Below are positions 25,565-39,447 of a DNA stretch of 64,000 nucleotides, piece after piece (position 1 is the stretch's first letter; every line of letters begins with the position of its first letter). The stretch is from Eledone cirrhosa (lineage: Eukaryota). Both the position numbers and the translations under genes were made by a program. Location of the stretch: NCBI GenBank assembly GCA_964016885.1, contig OZ024741.1, positions 373,674,001 through 373,738,000 on the forward strand, read 5' to 3'. The notes below the pieces were generated by a model, which worked only from the letters and a program-made list of their open reading frames with translations, was not told where the DNA came from and ran no database searches.

Positions 25565-26632
25565 TAATTAAATACAGGATACCTAAATATGGAATGTTAC
25601 GTGATTCCCCCCACCCACCCACACACAGCCCCGGCGGACAGGATGGAGAAGGCGTTCCCACGGAGGACGGCAAGGGAGACGCGCTGGAAAAGCCACTCCA
25701 ACTCGCGGGATTCACACCTGCGGCTGGCCAGCTCAGCGCCTATGGTGGTGAGTAGGGAGGTAGCCCTAGGGCCGAGGACACCAGAAGTGTCCACTGCCAG
25801 GGATACAACCGCATACCTGTCGGAGAGCGACCGGTATTTGAGGAGCTTGGCCTCCTCAGCCCGACGTGCAGCAGAACATGGGTTAGTCGCAGACTGCACC
25901 AGGATGCGGCTGCAGAAAGTGTCGGTGCAAGTAGCATCCCAGACGAGGGGTTTGCCACCGCGGAACGGGAAGATGGTCATGCCATCTGGCCTTTTGCCGT
26001 CCCCTCGGTCCAGCCCCACCGGCTCGACCTGGGAAGGGAAGCCCGCAGCGTCCAAGCCATGCGTTATGACCTCGTTGAGGGCAGCATGGCGTGGAAGGCG
26101 GCCGGCACTGTGGCGACAAGAAAGCGGGTGTAGGCCGAAAGAGTCCACGGTGGATCCGCAGCGACATTGGTGTGGCTCGCAGATACGGAGGCCAAGCCTC
26201 AAGGAAACGCCGATGCGCAGGCTATTGTTGTCTAGCTGCGTGCCAGTGGGGAAGGAGGGTAGGGTATGGAGCCAGGCACCACTGTGGGGTTTGGAAGCCG
26301 CACGAAACAGGCAAGGCGGTGCTGGGAGAGCTGGCACATGAGCCTGTCTGAGGCCAGGCTGCACTGGATGGCATCCCAAGTGCTTTGGAGGGACTTGACG
26401 TCAACAGGGGCAGAAGGAGGAGGGACGTCTACTGGGCTATATCTTAGCCGGTCCCACGTCTCACAGGCGACCTCACGTTCTCTGAACACAGAGGGTTCTA
26501 TTGTGTTTTGAAGAACCCTGCTGACGAGGACGCGGCACGAGGTTACTGACGAAAGATACGCCGGCAAAGCCAGCGAGATCGGAGACCGGAGACCAAGGCC
26601 GCCATACCTGACAGGTAAAGTGGTTTGAATAT
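25565..26632 (-). mobile_element. 5'-truncated CRE-clade non-LTR retrotransposon (RT thumb end, Zn-knuckle, restriction-like endonuclease), frameshifted
   Basis: QTTLPVRYGGLGLR, CRCG..HPLSC..RHAALNE, GKRPDG..WDAT and QRVSLAVLRGNA across ORFs 26232-26657 and 25597-26379. Forms a GC-rich island. Confidence 0.9.
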
Positions 26633-27763
26633 AGAACCTTGTTTTTATATGACTCAAGTTTTAAATAGATCGAAAAATATATTTCAAGATTTTATAACAC
26701 TAAATCATAGAAATTTGAAACTATGAGAATCCCAAATGCAGAAAATAACTGTAATAACAATTAATCACTAAAGATAATAGTTGAAGAAATTGGATAAAAT
26801 ACCCTGTGGACAGACTTTAATCGTAGGCGCCTCTGTCCACTCTTTTCTATCTCTAATTTTGTCACTATTATCTATAGTATTAGCAGTGTCCTTTGAACGT
26901 CAGGTAGAAGGCTTTGCAGTATTCGTTCCGGTTTTCTGCTCTCTCAGTTCAGATCCCGCTTTGCCTTTCATTCTTTCAAGATCGATAAAAAAAGTACCAG
27001 ACTAGTACTGGGGTCTATTCTTCTTCTATATCTCCTTCTCACTTCCTGTCCCTCACTTTCTATCCTTCTTCGGAAGAAATCTGCTGTACTCAGACCTGGA
27101 AAGGAAATGGGCTCCGTCAAGTTTTAAAACGCCATAGAAACGCTGCACCTCAATATGGTGCCCCTACGACTCCCTCAGAAGTTACCGTCTATAGTGATTA
27201 ACTATTGCTTCAATTATTTTCAGCGTTTGGTGATTTCAGAATTTTAATATTTTGCAAAATGAATATAAATAATAAACTTACCGTATATAAACCGAAAAAT
27301 GTGTAACAAAAAAAAAGTCAATATTTTTCCGATTTTCACAAACTTCAAAATTCGACGTAAATGAGGTGCTAAAATATTTTCGCTTTGGATGTGAATATCA
27401 CACCGATTTCACTTTGGAGGTGAATAATACACCAGTTTCACTTTCGACGTGAAATTCGTATTTCCGATTGTTTTTTTTTTTTTTGTTTTTTTTTAAAGTC
27501 TTTTAAATGAATATGGTCTTTACAATGGTCGGAAATTGTTTTAAAATTATTACGTAATGGTGTTGTGAAATAAAAGCTATACTCTAAACGACACTTATAA
27601 CATTTTAAATATCAAAATATTCAAACTTCATGTGAATTTCAAAACTGCATCATCTAAACACGTGTTGATTAACTTGCTCGGCTTATAAATGAGGTTTTGA
27701 TTTTTGCCTATTTCTCAAGCACAAAATAGGGGGTCGACTTGTATTATAGTATCTACAGTATAT

Positions 27764-27969
27764 CAGGCATGTCAAACTGAGGGTTCTCCGAGGGTCACAT
27801 GAGTCACATATGTGTTGTATGAGGGCCACACATGACAACTAATTGCGTACATTACAACAAATATTTTTTTATTTTATATTATGCTCGTGTGTAAAAACCT
27901 TTGTGCGGGCTGCAGGTGTGCTTGTAAAGGGCTGCATGCGTCTCGCGGGTCGCATGTTTGACATGCCTG
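27764..27969. mobile_element. hAT-like MITE
   Basis: TIRs CAGGCATGTCAAAC / GTTTGACATGCCTG and a degenerate 8-bp TSD CAGTATAT/CGCTATAT. Confidence 0.8.
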
Positions 27970-30004
27970 CGCTATATAATTAAAAACATATAGGTTGATA
28001 ACAACGCATACGTAAATGCCTTTAAATTGTAGTCTAACGGTTTAGAAGTAGTATATACTTCTGAAACTATAACCGAGCTGTACATGGTATGGTATGAACT
28101 CGTAACACATGAGGGAATCGTACGGGCCCCATATTGACACACGACGATTCTTATGGTATGTTTAAACTAGTGGAGCCCATCTCCTATCCGGTCCTGAATA
28201 CAGCAGATTTCTTCTAGAGAATTATAAAGATAAAGACAGAAGCAAGAGATATAGAGGAAGAATCCACCCTAGTATTAGACTGGAACTTTTTATTGACCTC
28301 GCATGGAGGAAAGACAAAGCTGACCCCGGCAGGATTTGAACTGAGAGAGCAGAGGACCAGAACGAATAATGCGAAGCATTCTATCGACTCTGCCAATTCG
28401 CTGGCTCAAACTGCACATACAAAAACTATAATATATCAACTGCATTAGTTTGCTGCTTTCACTGCCAGGACACCAACGTAATCTTGAGTGTATGTCAGTG
28501 AAATACTATTGAATATTTAAAATACGTAACATAATTTATTATTGAAATAATTGTTTTTAACACAGGTACAAGGCTAGAATTTCATAGGATGGTGTAGTAG
28601 ATAGAATCGACTCCAGTACCTAACTAGAATAATTATATTTTATTCTATGTAAAAATATATTATGTTAATACAATTTAATTTTTAAAAAAAAGGAAAAAAA
28701 TAGATTGAGAAGAAAGAATGGAATGTAAAATAAGAAAATATTTTTAAAAACGGAAAAGGAAGGGAAAGGCAAGGGTTCCAGTATCTAGAAGAATGGAGAA
28801 AGGGGAGAGTGAGGGTGATTGGGCTCTAGGCCTAGGGCGCGGCGATAATGGAGCTGCGCTTTGCGGACAAGACCTCAAAAGCATTTCTGTGGACAATGGC
28901 CTGCGATACCCGCTACAACAGCCACCCCACCTTGCGGGCTCCTTCCTCAGACGGGCCGCCGACAGCGACTGGTCCTTAACAGATACTTTATATTATCGAC
29001 TCTGGAAGGATGAAAGGCAAGGTTGATCTAGGCGGGATTTGAAATAACTGTTTTTAATACAGACACATGGCTAAGAATTTGAGAGGATTGTGTAATCGAT
29101 AGAATCGACCCAAGCACCTAACTGGAAGGATTAAAAGCAAAGTTGACCTTGGTGGAATTTGAACTTTGTCCTTCTTTGTTGTTAACACAGGTAGAAGGCT
29201 ATTATATCGAACCCAGTACTTGATTGGCACTTTCTTTATGTTATCGACCACTGATGGATGAAAGCTAAAGTTGACCTCGGCGGCATTAGAACTCAGAACA
29301 AAAACATCCATAACTAAATACCGCAAGGTATTTTTCTTCCAATGCTCTAATGAGTTTGCCACTCCATCACCATGACCACACAGGTAAATACAACTTTCTT
29401 TGGTTTTGGTTATTGTTTTTCCAACCTGTCGCTCTAATTGAGTGTAAACAGCCTAAACCTCGACTAGAGTGTTAGCAATATATTGTTAGTAATATATTGT
29501 TAGTAATATATTCTTCTAAGATAAACCTATACACCATACAATATACATTAAGCTAATGTGAAAATGTATATTTGTTTGGTATTGATTTTTAGATAATCTG
29601 TGAAATCTTTGTTTAGAACCAGCTAGAAAAGAAAGAAAGACAGGAACAAACAGTGAGAAAACAGGGGGAAGAGAGAGAAAGATTGAGAGAATGAGAGAAA
29701 TACAGGGAGAGAGGGAGAGTGAATGATCAAATGAAAAACATACCGCCTACTCCAACGGTTTAACTTTAATTTTTTTCCATCGCCATTAGAAAGACTTTCG
29801 TCATATCTTGCTTAATCAAACGAAAGATAAATCCCTCTTTCCTCGTGTGCCTCTTATTCAAGTTCAAGGAGAAAGACCATCACCATGTAGGGACTATTAT
29901 AAAAGCTATACTTAACTGCATCTGATATATCCTGATTCGACTAATTAAAAAAATGTAAAACAGGATAGGAAGGAAGGGTTTCATTCCTGTATCTTATCAC
30001 TTAC

Positions 30005-30059
30005 ATAGGTTGATGGGGGTAAGGGTAGGTAATAGCCCTACCCGATAAGAGGTAAAGCT
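30005..30059 (-). CDS. Candidate 55-nt internal exon of an unidentified host gene
   Basis: Acceptor TACTTTCTTTTCTATTAG and donor T|GTAAGT. The frame LYLLSGRAITYPYPHQP is phase-compatible with the 19507-19557 candidate. Confidence 0.3.
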
Positions 30060-30353
30060 CTAATAGAAAAGAAAGTAATACTTGGACATATTCACTCCAT
30101 AATAGTGTGGAAAGGGGATTAAAAAATCGTTCATGTTGAAACTCATTTCGAGCAGATGTTGTTATTAGCAACAATTCTAATTTCAAATACCTACACAGAT
30201 TTTATCATAGGTTCTAGAAAAGATACTCTATTTTTTCTTTTATCTCAGAAGAGAGGAAATTCTTGAAGGCATTTTAGAGATATTTCACAAAAAGAATATA
30301 TAGCATTGTGTATTATTTCTAAGAACAAAGGCGCTAGCAATCACGAATAAACG

Positions 30354-30457
<104 letters not shown>

Positions 30458-30476
30458 TACATATATATATATATAC

Positions 30477-30521
<45 letters not shown>

Positions 30522-30635
30522 TATACATATATATATATATATTCATATATATACATATAGAAATATATATTCATATATATAAATACATACACACATACAT
30601 ACATACATACATACATACATACATACATACATACA

Positions 30636-30667
<32 letters not shown>

Positions 30668-30692
30668 ACATATATACATATATATATACATA

Positions 30693-30728
<36 letters not shown>

Positions 30729-30789
30729 CATACACATATATATCTATACATACATATATACATACATATATATATATACATATACACAT

Positions 30790-30885
<96 letters not shown>

Positions 30886-31068
30886 CTATTGACTGATTAA
30901 TTGCATAAGTTTATTTTAAAAACTACCCGGTCCAGAGCTTATTCCATTTGTGCTGTTTATGCAATGTTTTGCCTAGATTTACATATACTGAATTCATTTG
31001 CCAAAATCTGGGGTTTTTCCCCAGTGAGCTACCACTGTGTCATCCACAACACTGGCGCGGAACAAAAT

Positions 31069-31201
31069 ACCTGTTGATAACGTGATATTCCTCGTTCGAT
31101 CATTATACCAAAAGCTTATTGTTTTAAGCAGACAGTATTATTGATTTAGGTGTCGCAGAAACCCTGTACTGGATTTGACCATCAATTCCAAGGGTCCAGG
31201 T
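31069..31201 (+). ncRNA. Type I hammerhead motif, U3:A8 core variant, extended stems II and III
   Basis: Stem I ACCTG/CAGGT, core TTGATAA (31074-31080), stem II CGTGATATT/GGTGTCGCA, GAAA (31158-31161), stem III ACCCT/AGGGT, GTC site at 31194-31196. Confidence 0.7.
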
Positions 31202-31203
31202 TT

Positions 31204-31283
<80 letters not shown>

Positions 31284-31515
31284 TATGTCATTTATTTTGT
31301 CTGACCTGTTTAACTTGACTTGTTTTTTTGGCTTAGGTGGTTAATGGCTTCTTGACCTCCTTCTCAGTTTGTATGGCCTTTATAACCTATGTTTATTGCT
31401 CTGGTCTTTTTAGCCCATGGAGCGTTTGCCAGCATGACTCGGAATTTGCGTTACGTTTCGCTTTTTCTACCCGCCGAAATGCGATTCTCGGTGAATTTAT
31501 ATTTGTATATATATT

Positions 31516-31586
<71 letters not shown>

Positions 31587-31760
31587 GTATGTATATATAT
31601 GTATATATATGTATGTATATATATGTATATATATGTGTATATATATATATAAATATATATATATATGTATGTATATATATATATTTATATATATATATAC
31701 ATACATATATATATTTATATATATATATACACATATATACATATATATACATGCATATAT

Positions 31761-31889
<129 letters not shown>

Positions 31890-32933
31890 AATATAAATTT
31901 TATCTGAGAGAGACGATACTTTGGTTCCTGGAAACGTTCCCTGGCAAAGAACGGAAAAAAACTGTGACTGTGTATGTATGATTTGTATGTATATATGTAT
32001 GTATATATATATATGTGTATATATATATATGTATGTACATATGAATGTATATGAATGTTTGTATTCATAATCGGAAACCTGATAGCCAAATGGAATGACA
32101 CTATTGTTGAGGAAAAAATAATAAACTCAGATTTATTGTTTCACTAACGAATATTTTGCATGTAACTTATTTAATGAAGTGTTCGTGTTATATGTTTTAA
32201 ATTTCTTTCAATATATTTGTATTGAAAGAGAGTGACAATGGTTTACATTGCGCAGAAAGAACAGAAACAAACAGCAATAGCAAGGATGAATAACTATCGA
32301 TTAATAAACGGTAAACATAGAGAATTGTGAATAGAGAAATTGTACTTCTTCAGCAAGTGACTTTATCTGAGAGAGACCGTGGCGTTGAAACCAAAGAAAT
32401 TACATCGAGAAACGTCCATTTTAGTTATCTAAAATAATGATTTCTAGTAAAGGCACAAGGCCAGTAATTTGGAGAAGGGAAGTCGATTAAATCGACCCCA
32501 GTGCGTTACTGGCGCTTTATTTTATCGACCCGTAAGGATGAAAGTCAAAGTTAACTTCGACGGGATTTGAAATCAGACCGTAAATGGCCGTAACTCTATG
32601 CTACAAAGCATGGCGTCCGACCCTCTACCGATACTGCCAATCCACCGCCTTTTTGCTATATAAAATAATAATATAAAATCAACCTTAAAATTGTTTTTCA
32701 CAGATACCAATAAAGTTTCTATATATTCGTCTTACATGTGCGACATGGCCATTGATACAATTTCAGCTTTAGTGGAATGGTCACCCATGACCAGGTCGCA
32801 GTGAGACGACGAACATTTTGACACTTATTGGAATCAATGGAACGTTATGAGTTTCGTTTTTGTGCTGTGTTCTCAGTCACTTGAAATTACCCTTCCAAAA
32901 TGTAATTATATTATATATATATATATATATATA

Positions 32934-33288
32934 CAGTAGTCTCCCGGTATTCGCGAGGGTTACATTTCTAAGAGGACCCGCGAAGTGTGGAGAACCGTGA
33001 ATATTGGATGTGGTCCATAAAAATGCCTATAAACGTCAAAATATAACGTAAAATATGATTTAAAAAGAAAGGGCGTCCAATAGGCCGGCAAATACAGTAT
33101 ATTTTTATCAATAATTTAGCATTAAAAATATATATATTGCCACGAAAAAGTCATTAAAAATCGCGGAAGATATTTACGATTCCGCGAATATGAATTGGTT
33201 TCCACGAACAATTATTAGTTAGGTTCTAAGGAAAATTCCGCAAATAACCGGGGCCTCGAATGACGGGACCGTGAATGCCAAGGATACA
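32934..33288. mobile_element. Degenerate pogo/Tigger-like MITE
   Basis: Starts TA|CAGTAGTCTCCCGGTATTCGCG and has repeated CCGCGAA/CCGTGAA subterminal motifs. The right end is eroded. Confidence 0.5.
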
Positions 33289-33298
33289 CACACACACA

Positions 33299-33332
<34 letters not shown>

Positions 33333-33548
33333 ATATATATACAGAGAGAATATGACTTAGCAACTGTAAGTTTGCTTTTATCACATCTTCCTTCTGAGTT
33401 CATTCTGAGTTTAATGACTTCACAGTCTAGATTACTGTTTGATTTTCACTTGTCTACTTCTCTCTCTCTATCTTTACAACATGGTCCTGTCGGTATACTT
33501 TTACATAACTAACACTTGTACAAAAATAATTATATGGTGATGCGCATC

Positions 33549-34294
33549 ACAAGCCTAACATTACTCCTTCACTATGTTTGCGCTCTTTCATAGTTTGCCT
33601 ATATTCTTCTTGCTTGATGTAATAAATTAATCCTTTCTTTTTGACTCCTGCTGAAATGGATTTGAAGATTAATACCATGTGAATAATCAATTGTAACAGA
33701 TTGATTCATTGTTTGCACGTATATACACGTCTCTCGCCAGTATAGAAACAATTGTTGGAATTAAATCGTTGATTTATTCACTATTAAATATATATGCTTG
33801 TTGACCTCACAGTCTTCAAATTCAGATATCTTAAGGTTCGAAGTATACCTTCAATTGGACCAGAATTCCTGCTTTCCTGCGACCTCAAGTGCGCATTGAG
33901 ATTTTCAACTACTCATATATATATATATATAGTTGTGTATCGACCTGTTGCGCGCGTTTCGCAGAGAATTGGCTCAGAGTCACCAACAGGAGTTATGGAC
34001 CCAATTCCATTATCGATCTTCTCTTCAGACTGTCGATGTGACAAAAAATATAATGTTTTTGTCACATCCATAGTCTGAAGAGTAGGTCGATAATGGAGTC
34101 GGCTTCATAAGTCCTATGGTTGACCCTGAGCCATTCTTCTATGAAACGTGCACAACAAGTCAATCACAATAAAAATCTAAATATATGGAAACGAAGCTTC
34201 ATCGTTTTTTTTTAATACATATACTTTGCCTGTGCATAGAATGCTTGTTTTAATACCACCACCAGAAATTCACTGAATCACCTACACTACATAA

Positions 34295-34387
<93 letters not shown>

Positions 34388-34437
34388 TATACATACATAC
34401 ATGCATATATATGTATAAATATATATATATATATATG

Positions 34438-34503
<66 letters not shown>

Positions 34504-34540
34504 TTTATATACACATATATATATATATACATACATATAC

Positions 34541-34571
<31 letters not shown>

Positions 34572-34572
34572 C

Positions 34573-34631
<59 letters not shown>

Positions 34632-34866
34632 CATATATATATATACATACATATATATATACATATATATATACATACATATATACATACATATATATAT
34701 ATACAATGAATCAATCTGTTACAATTGATTATTCACATGGTATTAATCTTCAAATCCATTTCAGCAGGAGTCAAAAAGAAAGGATTCATTTATTACATCA
34801 AGCAAGAAGAATATAGGCAAACTATGAAAGAGCGCAAACATAGTGAAGGAGTAATGTTAGGCTTGT
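33549..34866. repeat. 164-bp inverted duplication (33549-33712 and 34703-34866); the second copy is embedded in (TA)n
   Basis: Reverse complements with one mismatch seen. Confidence 0.95.
33931..34212. mobile_element. Diverged fold-back element with a decayed hammerhead motif in each arm
   Basis: Centre near 34050. Plus strand reads CTGAAGA(34075)..GAAACGTGCAC and minus strand reads CTGAAGA..GAAACGCGCG. A related copy at about 62000-62135 shares the tail GGAAACGAA(G/A)CTTCATCGTTTTT. Confidence 0.6.
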
Positions 34867-34877
34867 ATATATATACA

Positions 34878-35030
<153 letters not shown>

Positions 35031-35032
35031 GC

Positions 35033-35115
<83 letters not shown>

Positions 35116-35157
35116 CATATATATATATACATACATATATATATATATATATATATG

Positions 35158-35217
<60 letters not shown>

Positions 35218-35305
35218 TATATACATACATATATACATACACACATATATATATATATATACATACATACAAACATACATACATACATACATATATATAT
35301 ACATT

Positions 35306-35356
<51 letters not shown>

Positions 35357-35362
35357 TACATT

Positions 35363-35399
<37 letters not shown>

Positions 35400-35752
35400 A
35401 TGTACAACAAACTTATCTCGAATATAGAGTTTAAAGTGCGGGTGTATTAGAATTCGTAGAATAATGGGAAGACCTCAATGAAAGGAACCTTTTAAAACAG
35501 AAAAATGTCGTCAATGAGAGCGTCGAGTAAAATTTATCCCAAAGGATAGAAGTATGTTGGCCCGTAGAAGTGATAGGGAGAAAGGAGCAAGGGAAGAAAA
35601 TGACAGAAGATCACACAAACATTTAAATAGTCTCATCAGCTTTTAGACCGCTGTAGTTTCGAGGATTTAACTAAAAGTACCACATAAAACAAACGGCTGG
35701 TACAACGGTGAAATAAATATCTCTGTTCGTGTGATGTTTTTGTAAATAACGA

Positions 35753-35956
<204 letters not shown>

Positions 35957-36448
35957 TTTCCGTTTAGTTAGCCATAATGTAATAATAGGGAAAGCACTCT
36001 ACGTTATGCAACACATTCATCATTGATGTTGAGTCCCTTAGCTAGTGCAGAACGGGGTTATTTTAATCAAATTATATATGTATATACATATATAAATGTA
36101 TGAGTGTATATACAAATATGTACATAAATGTATGTATATATATATATAAATATATACATATATATGCACGAATATATATGTGCATATATATATATATACC
36201 ACGATAAATTAACGGAGCCATAGGCCCTCGCTATTTCCTGTAAATAATGTGCTCAAAGGAGAAGAAATCCTGAGTTCTTTAAAATACAATATGTTGAAAA
36301 GGTAACACACCAGAGAGAGATATACAGTGCGCTATCAATAAAACAAGGGGAAAAAAACACGCATAAACACGCTGTGACTTCTCTCTCCCACGTGTAGCTG
36401 GACAGTCACTTTTAAATTCTCTTAGTGTTGTCTGAAATGTATAGCCTT

Positions 36449-36542
36449 ACACACGCTGATGAACCGAGGTTAATCCATTTCTTTCAACAAATTACTGGTG
36501 AAACATATCTTTGGATTAGTATCTTTGGATTTGTACGTGTGT
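36449..36542 (+). ncRNA. Type I hammerhead motif inside an element with 46-bp inverted arms (36284-36329 and 36634-36679)
   Basis: Stem I ACACACG/CGTGTGT, CTGATGA (36456-36462), stem II ACC../..GGT, GAAA (36500-36503), stem III ACATATC/GATTTGT, GTA site at 36533-36535. Confidence 0.75.
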
Positions 36543-36720
36543 TATATAGTTATAAAGGTATTTATTTACGCTTTAATTTATATTTTTAATTATCGTGTCT
36601 ATAGTCTGCCTTTCATAGGTTATAGATTCCATACACTGTATATCTCTCTCTGGTGTGTTACCTTTTTAACATATTGTATATATATATACATACATAGATA
36701 CATACATAGATACATACATA

Positions 36721-37333
36721 CATGGTGGCTGCCAACTCGTTTTCGAGTACGGCCACTATGTTAGATCCATGTAGGAAAACCCCTTACGATGCGCTGAACG
36801 AGTGTGACTTTTTAGTCCAGCCAGCGACTTGAAAACTCTGGTACAAACACTACACTTGTGACAATTATTGACACATAGTGCTGGGCCCATGGTACCATGT
36901 GACGACAAGTTCAGAGAGATCTCCAGATATAAAGCAATGCCTGTGCCGTGAAGCTTTTATAGTGATCAAAGGCACTGCACAAGACCAGTCCCACTCTCTT
37001 ATCCAAGATGATATTTACCAAAAAGAAGAACAAGTCAACATCATTGGATACCATCAGGATTGCAGGTGTTATATCAGAGTTTTCCTTCTCCTAGAATTCT
37101 GCCTTGACAAAGGCTAAGGGGTCATCTCTCCCGGTGATTTTGGATGGCCATTGACTCTTAAGAGTTCCTTTGCCCTTTGACAGGTTTTGTTTTTAGTCCT
37201 GCAGGATGTCCAAAGTCACCCTCCTCACCAAGAAACCTTGGTGTGGTTGTCAGTTTACTCGCCAACGACCCGACCATGAGACAGATTGTACTGGGATACA
37301 TGTTACCAGTAGCACCAACTGGTGACCTGACAT
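36721..37333 (-). mobile_element. Non-autonomous RTE-related retroposon of about 610 bp flanked by (TATG)n, subfamily 1
   Basis: Highly similar to 53722-54288 and 54518-54976. Has RTE 5'UTR-like CTAGGAGAAGGAAAACTCTG and the 3' end GGCCGTACTCGAAAACGAGTTGGCAGCCACCATG(TATG)n. Confidence 0.75.
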
Positions 37334-37376
37334 GAATACATACATACATACATACATACATACATACATACATACA

Positions 37377-37492
<116 letters not shown>

Positions 37493-37504
37493 TATATATA
37501 TATA

Positions 37505-37594
<90 letters not shown>

Positions 37595-37707
37595 TTCGGA
37601 TCTAGCTGTTGAAGCGGCCGGAGCTCAGCCGCCGAGGTCCTGAATTTTTAATATAATATATACATATATATATACATATATATATACATATATAAATAAA
37701 TAAATAA

Positions 37708-37796
<89 letters not shown>

Positions 37797-37987
37797 ATAG
37801 AGAGAGTGGGGAGAGGGAGAAGAAGGAAGTATGTTCTTACAATGGTACTGTTATTTCAATACGTTGCTGCATCTTGTCAAAGGTGTCGTGACAAGACACC
37901 ACTATGTATTGAAACACATGTTCTGTTGTAAGATTATACTTCCTTTATATTTGTGCATATACACACACACACGCATATATATATATG

Positions 37988-38038
37988 AGATTCTACAGGA
38001 CTAGAACTGTTTCATTCTTTAGAAATCATCAGGAATCT
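37988..38038 (-). ncRNA. Type I hammerhead motif abutting (TA)n
   Basis: Minus strand reads AGATTC CTGATGA TTTC-TAAA-GAAT GAAA CAG-TTCTAGTC-CTG TA GAATCT, with a 6-bp stem I and 4-bp stem III. Confidence 0.75.
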
Positions 38039-38099
38039 GGCTTTCCAAATATAAATGTTGTGGTATTTATATCTTTTCGGGTGGTACGAGAGGGTGGGG

Positions 38100-38467
38100 G
38101 GTGTTGGGTGGAGGTCATTGGTTGAAAGAAAAGGGAATTCATTAAAAGCTAATTCTTTAAGGCTATAATTTATATTTAGAGTGACAAAGGCAGAAAGAAT
38201 TCTATAAACAAGTTCAGATTGGGGTGCCACTCCTTATTTTTAATTTTCTCTTAAGCTAACAATGCCTATATTTCAGGTGCCTATAAGATGGTTGGAGGTT
38301 GGTCATGGTTGATGGGTTTAAAGAAAAGGGAAATTCTTTAAAAGGTAATTCTTTAAAGCTCTATTTAGAGTGACAAAGGCCAAGAGAATTATATAAACCA
38401 GTTCAAAATATTGGCTGCCTATCATATCATTATTGTCATATTTCTCTTAAGCTATATTCCAGGTGTC
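38100..38467. repeat. Diverged tandem duplication, unit about 190 bp
   Basis: AAAGAAAAGGGAA..TATTTAGAGTGACAAAGGC..TTTCTCTTAAGCTA..CAGGTG occurs twice. Confidence 0.8.
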
Positions 38468-38490
38468 AACAGACACATTCACATACACAC

Positions 38491-38781
<291 letters not shown>

Positions 38782-38949
38782 TATAGATAGATAAATATAC
38801 ACGCGTGCGTATGATTGTGTATAGAAGATTATATTAATAAGAGGAATTCCAACTTTGTCTGATTTACTCGTTTTATTTACAATCCTTTAAAATTTATAAT
38901 GGTATTATAATGAAATAGTATGATAGAATATTAAATTCTAAGTGTTAAT

Positions 38950-38988
38950 TGAACAAGTACTTTCATGCTTTCGCAATCTTCAGGTTCA
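38950..38988 (-). ncRNA. Minimal type I hammerhead motif
   Basis: Minus strand reads TGAAC CTGAAGA TTGC-GAAA-GCAT GAAA GTAC TT GTTCA, with palindromic stem III AGTACT. Confidence 0.7.
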
Positions 38989-39047
38989 TAATATGTGGTG
39001 ACAGTCAAGTTTGCAATTTTCAACAATATATATATATACATACACAT

Positions 39048-39123
<76 letters not shown>

Positions 39124-39367
39124 CTTATATATATATATATAACTTATATATATATATATATATGAAAATGAGCGTAACAAGTAAACATTAAACAATCTTT
39201 TAAATAAATTAAAATACGATTTAAATGAAATTTCAACAAGTCTATAATTCCCGCTTTTTTTACGGCCTATTTATGTGTGGGTCACTTTAACGGCCTGACC
39301 TCATGCATTGGGCAGAAAGCGATATATTTACTACTACAAGGCTTTTGTGCCCTGTGGTATGGAAATA

Positions 39368-39447
39368 GCTGTCTGAAGAGCTGATTCTTTCCATTGGAAA
39401 TTCTCTGAATTTCCAATCTTTTGATAAGCGAAACCGTCGGTCACAGC
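39368..39447 (+). ncRNA. Type I hammerhead motif inside an element with 62-bp inverted arms (39165-39226 and 39464-39525)
   Basis: GCTGT CTGAAGA GCT..AGC GAAA CCGTCGG TC ACAGC. Stem II carries the inner hairpin ATTGGAAATTC/GAATTTCCAAT. Confidence 0.85.

Noticed and set aside
25456-26511. Plus-strand ORFs of 81-250 aa
   Set aside because: Antisense shadows of the GC-rich CRE coding sequence.
35625-35680. Minus-strand CTCGAAACTACAGCGGTC..CTGATGAG
   Set aside because: The core elements are in an order and spacing that do not give three stems. At best it is a truncated relic.
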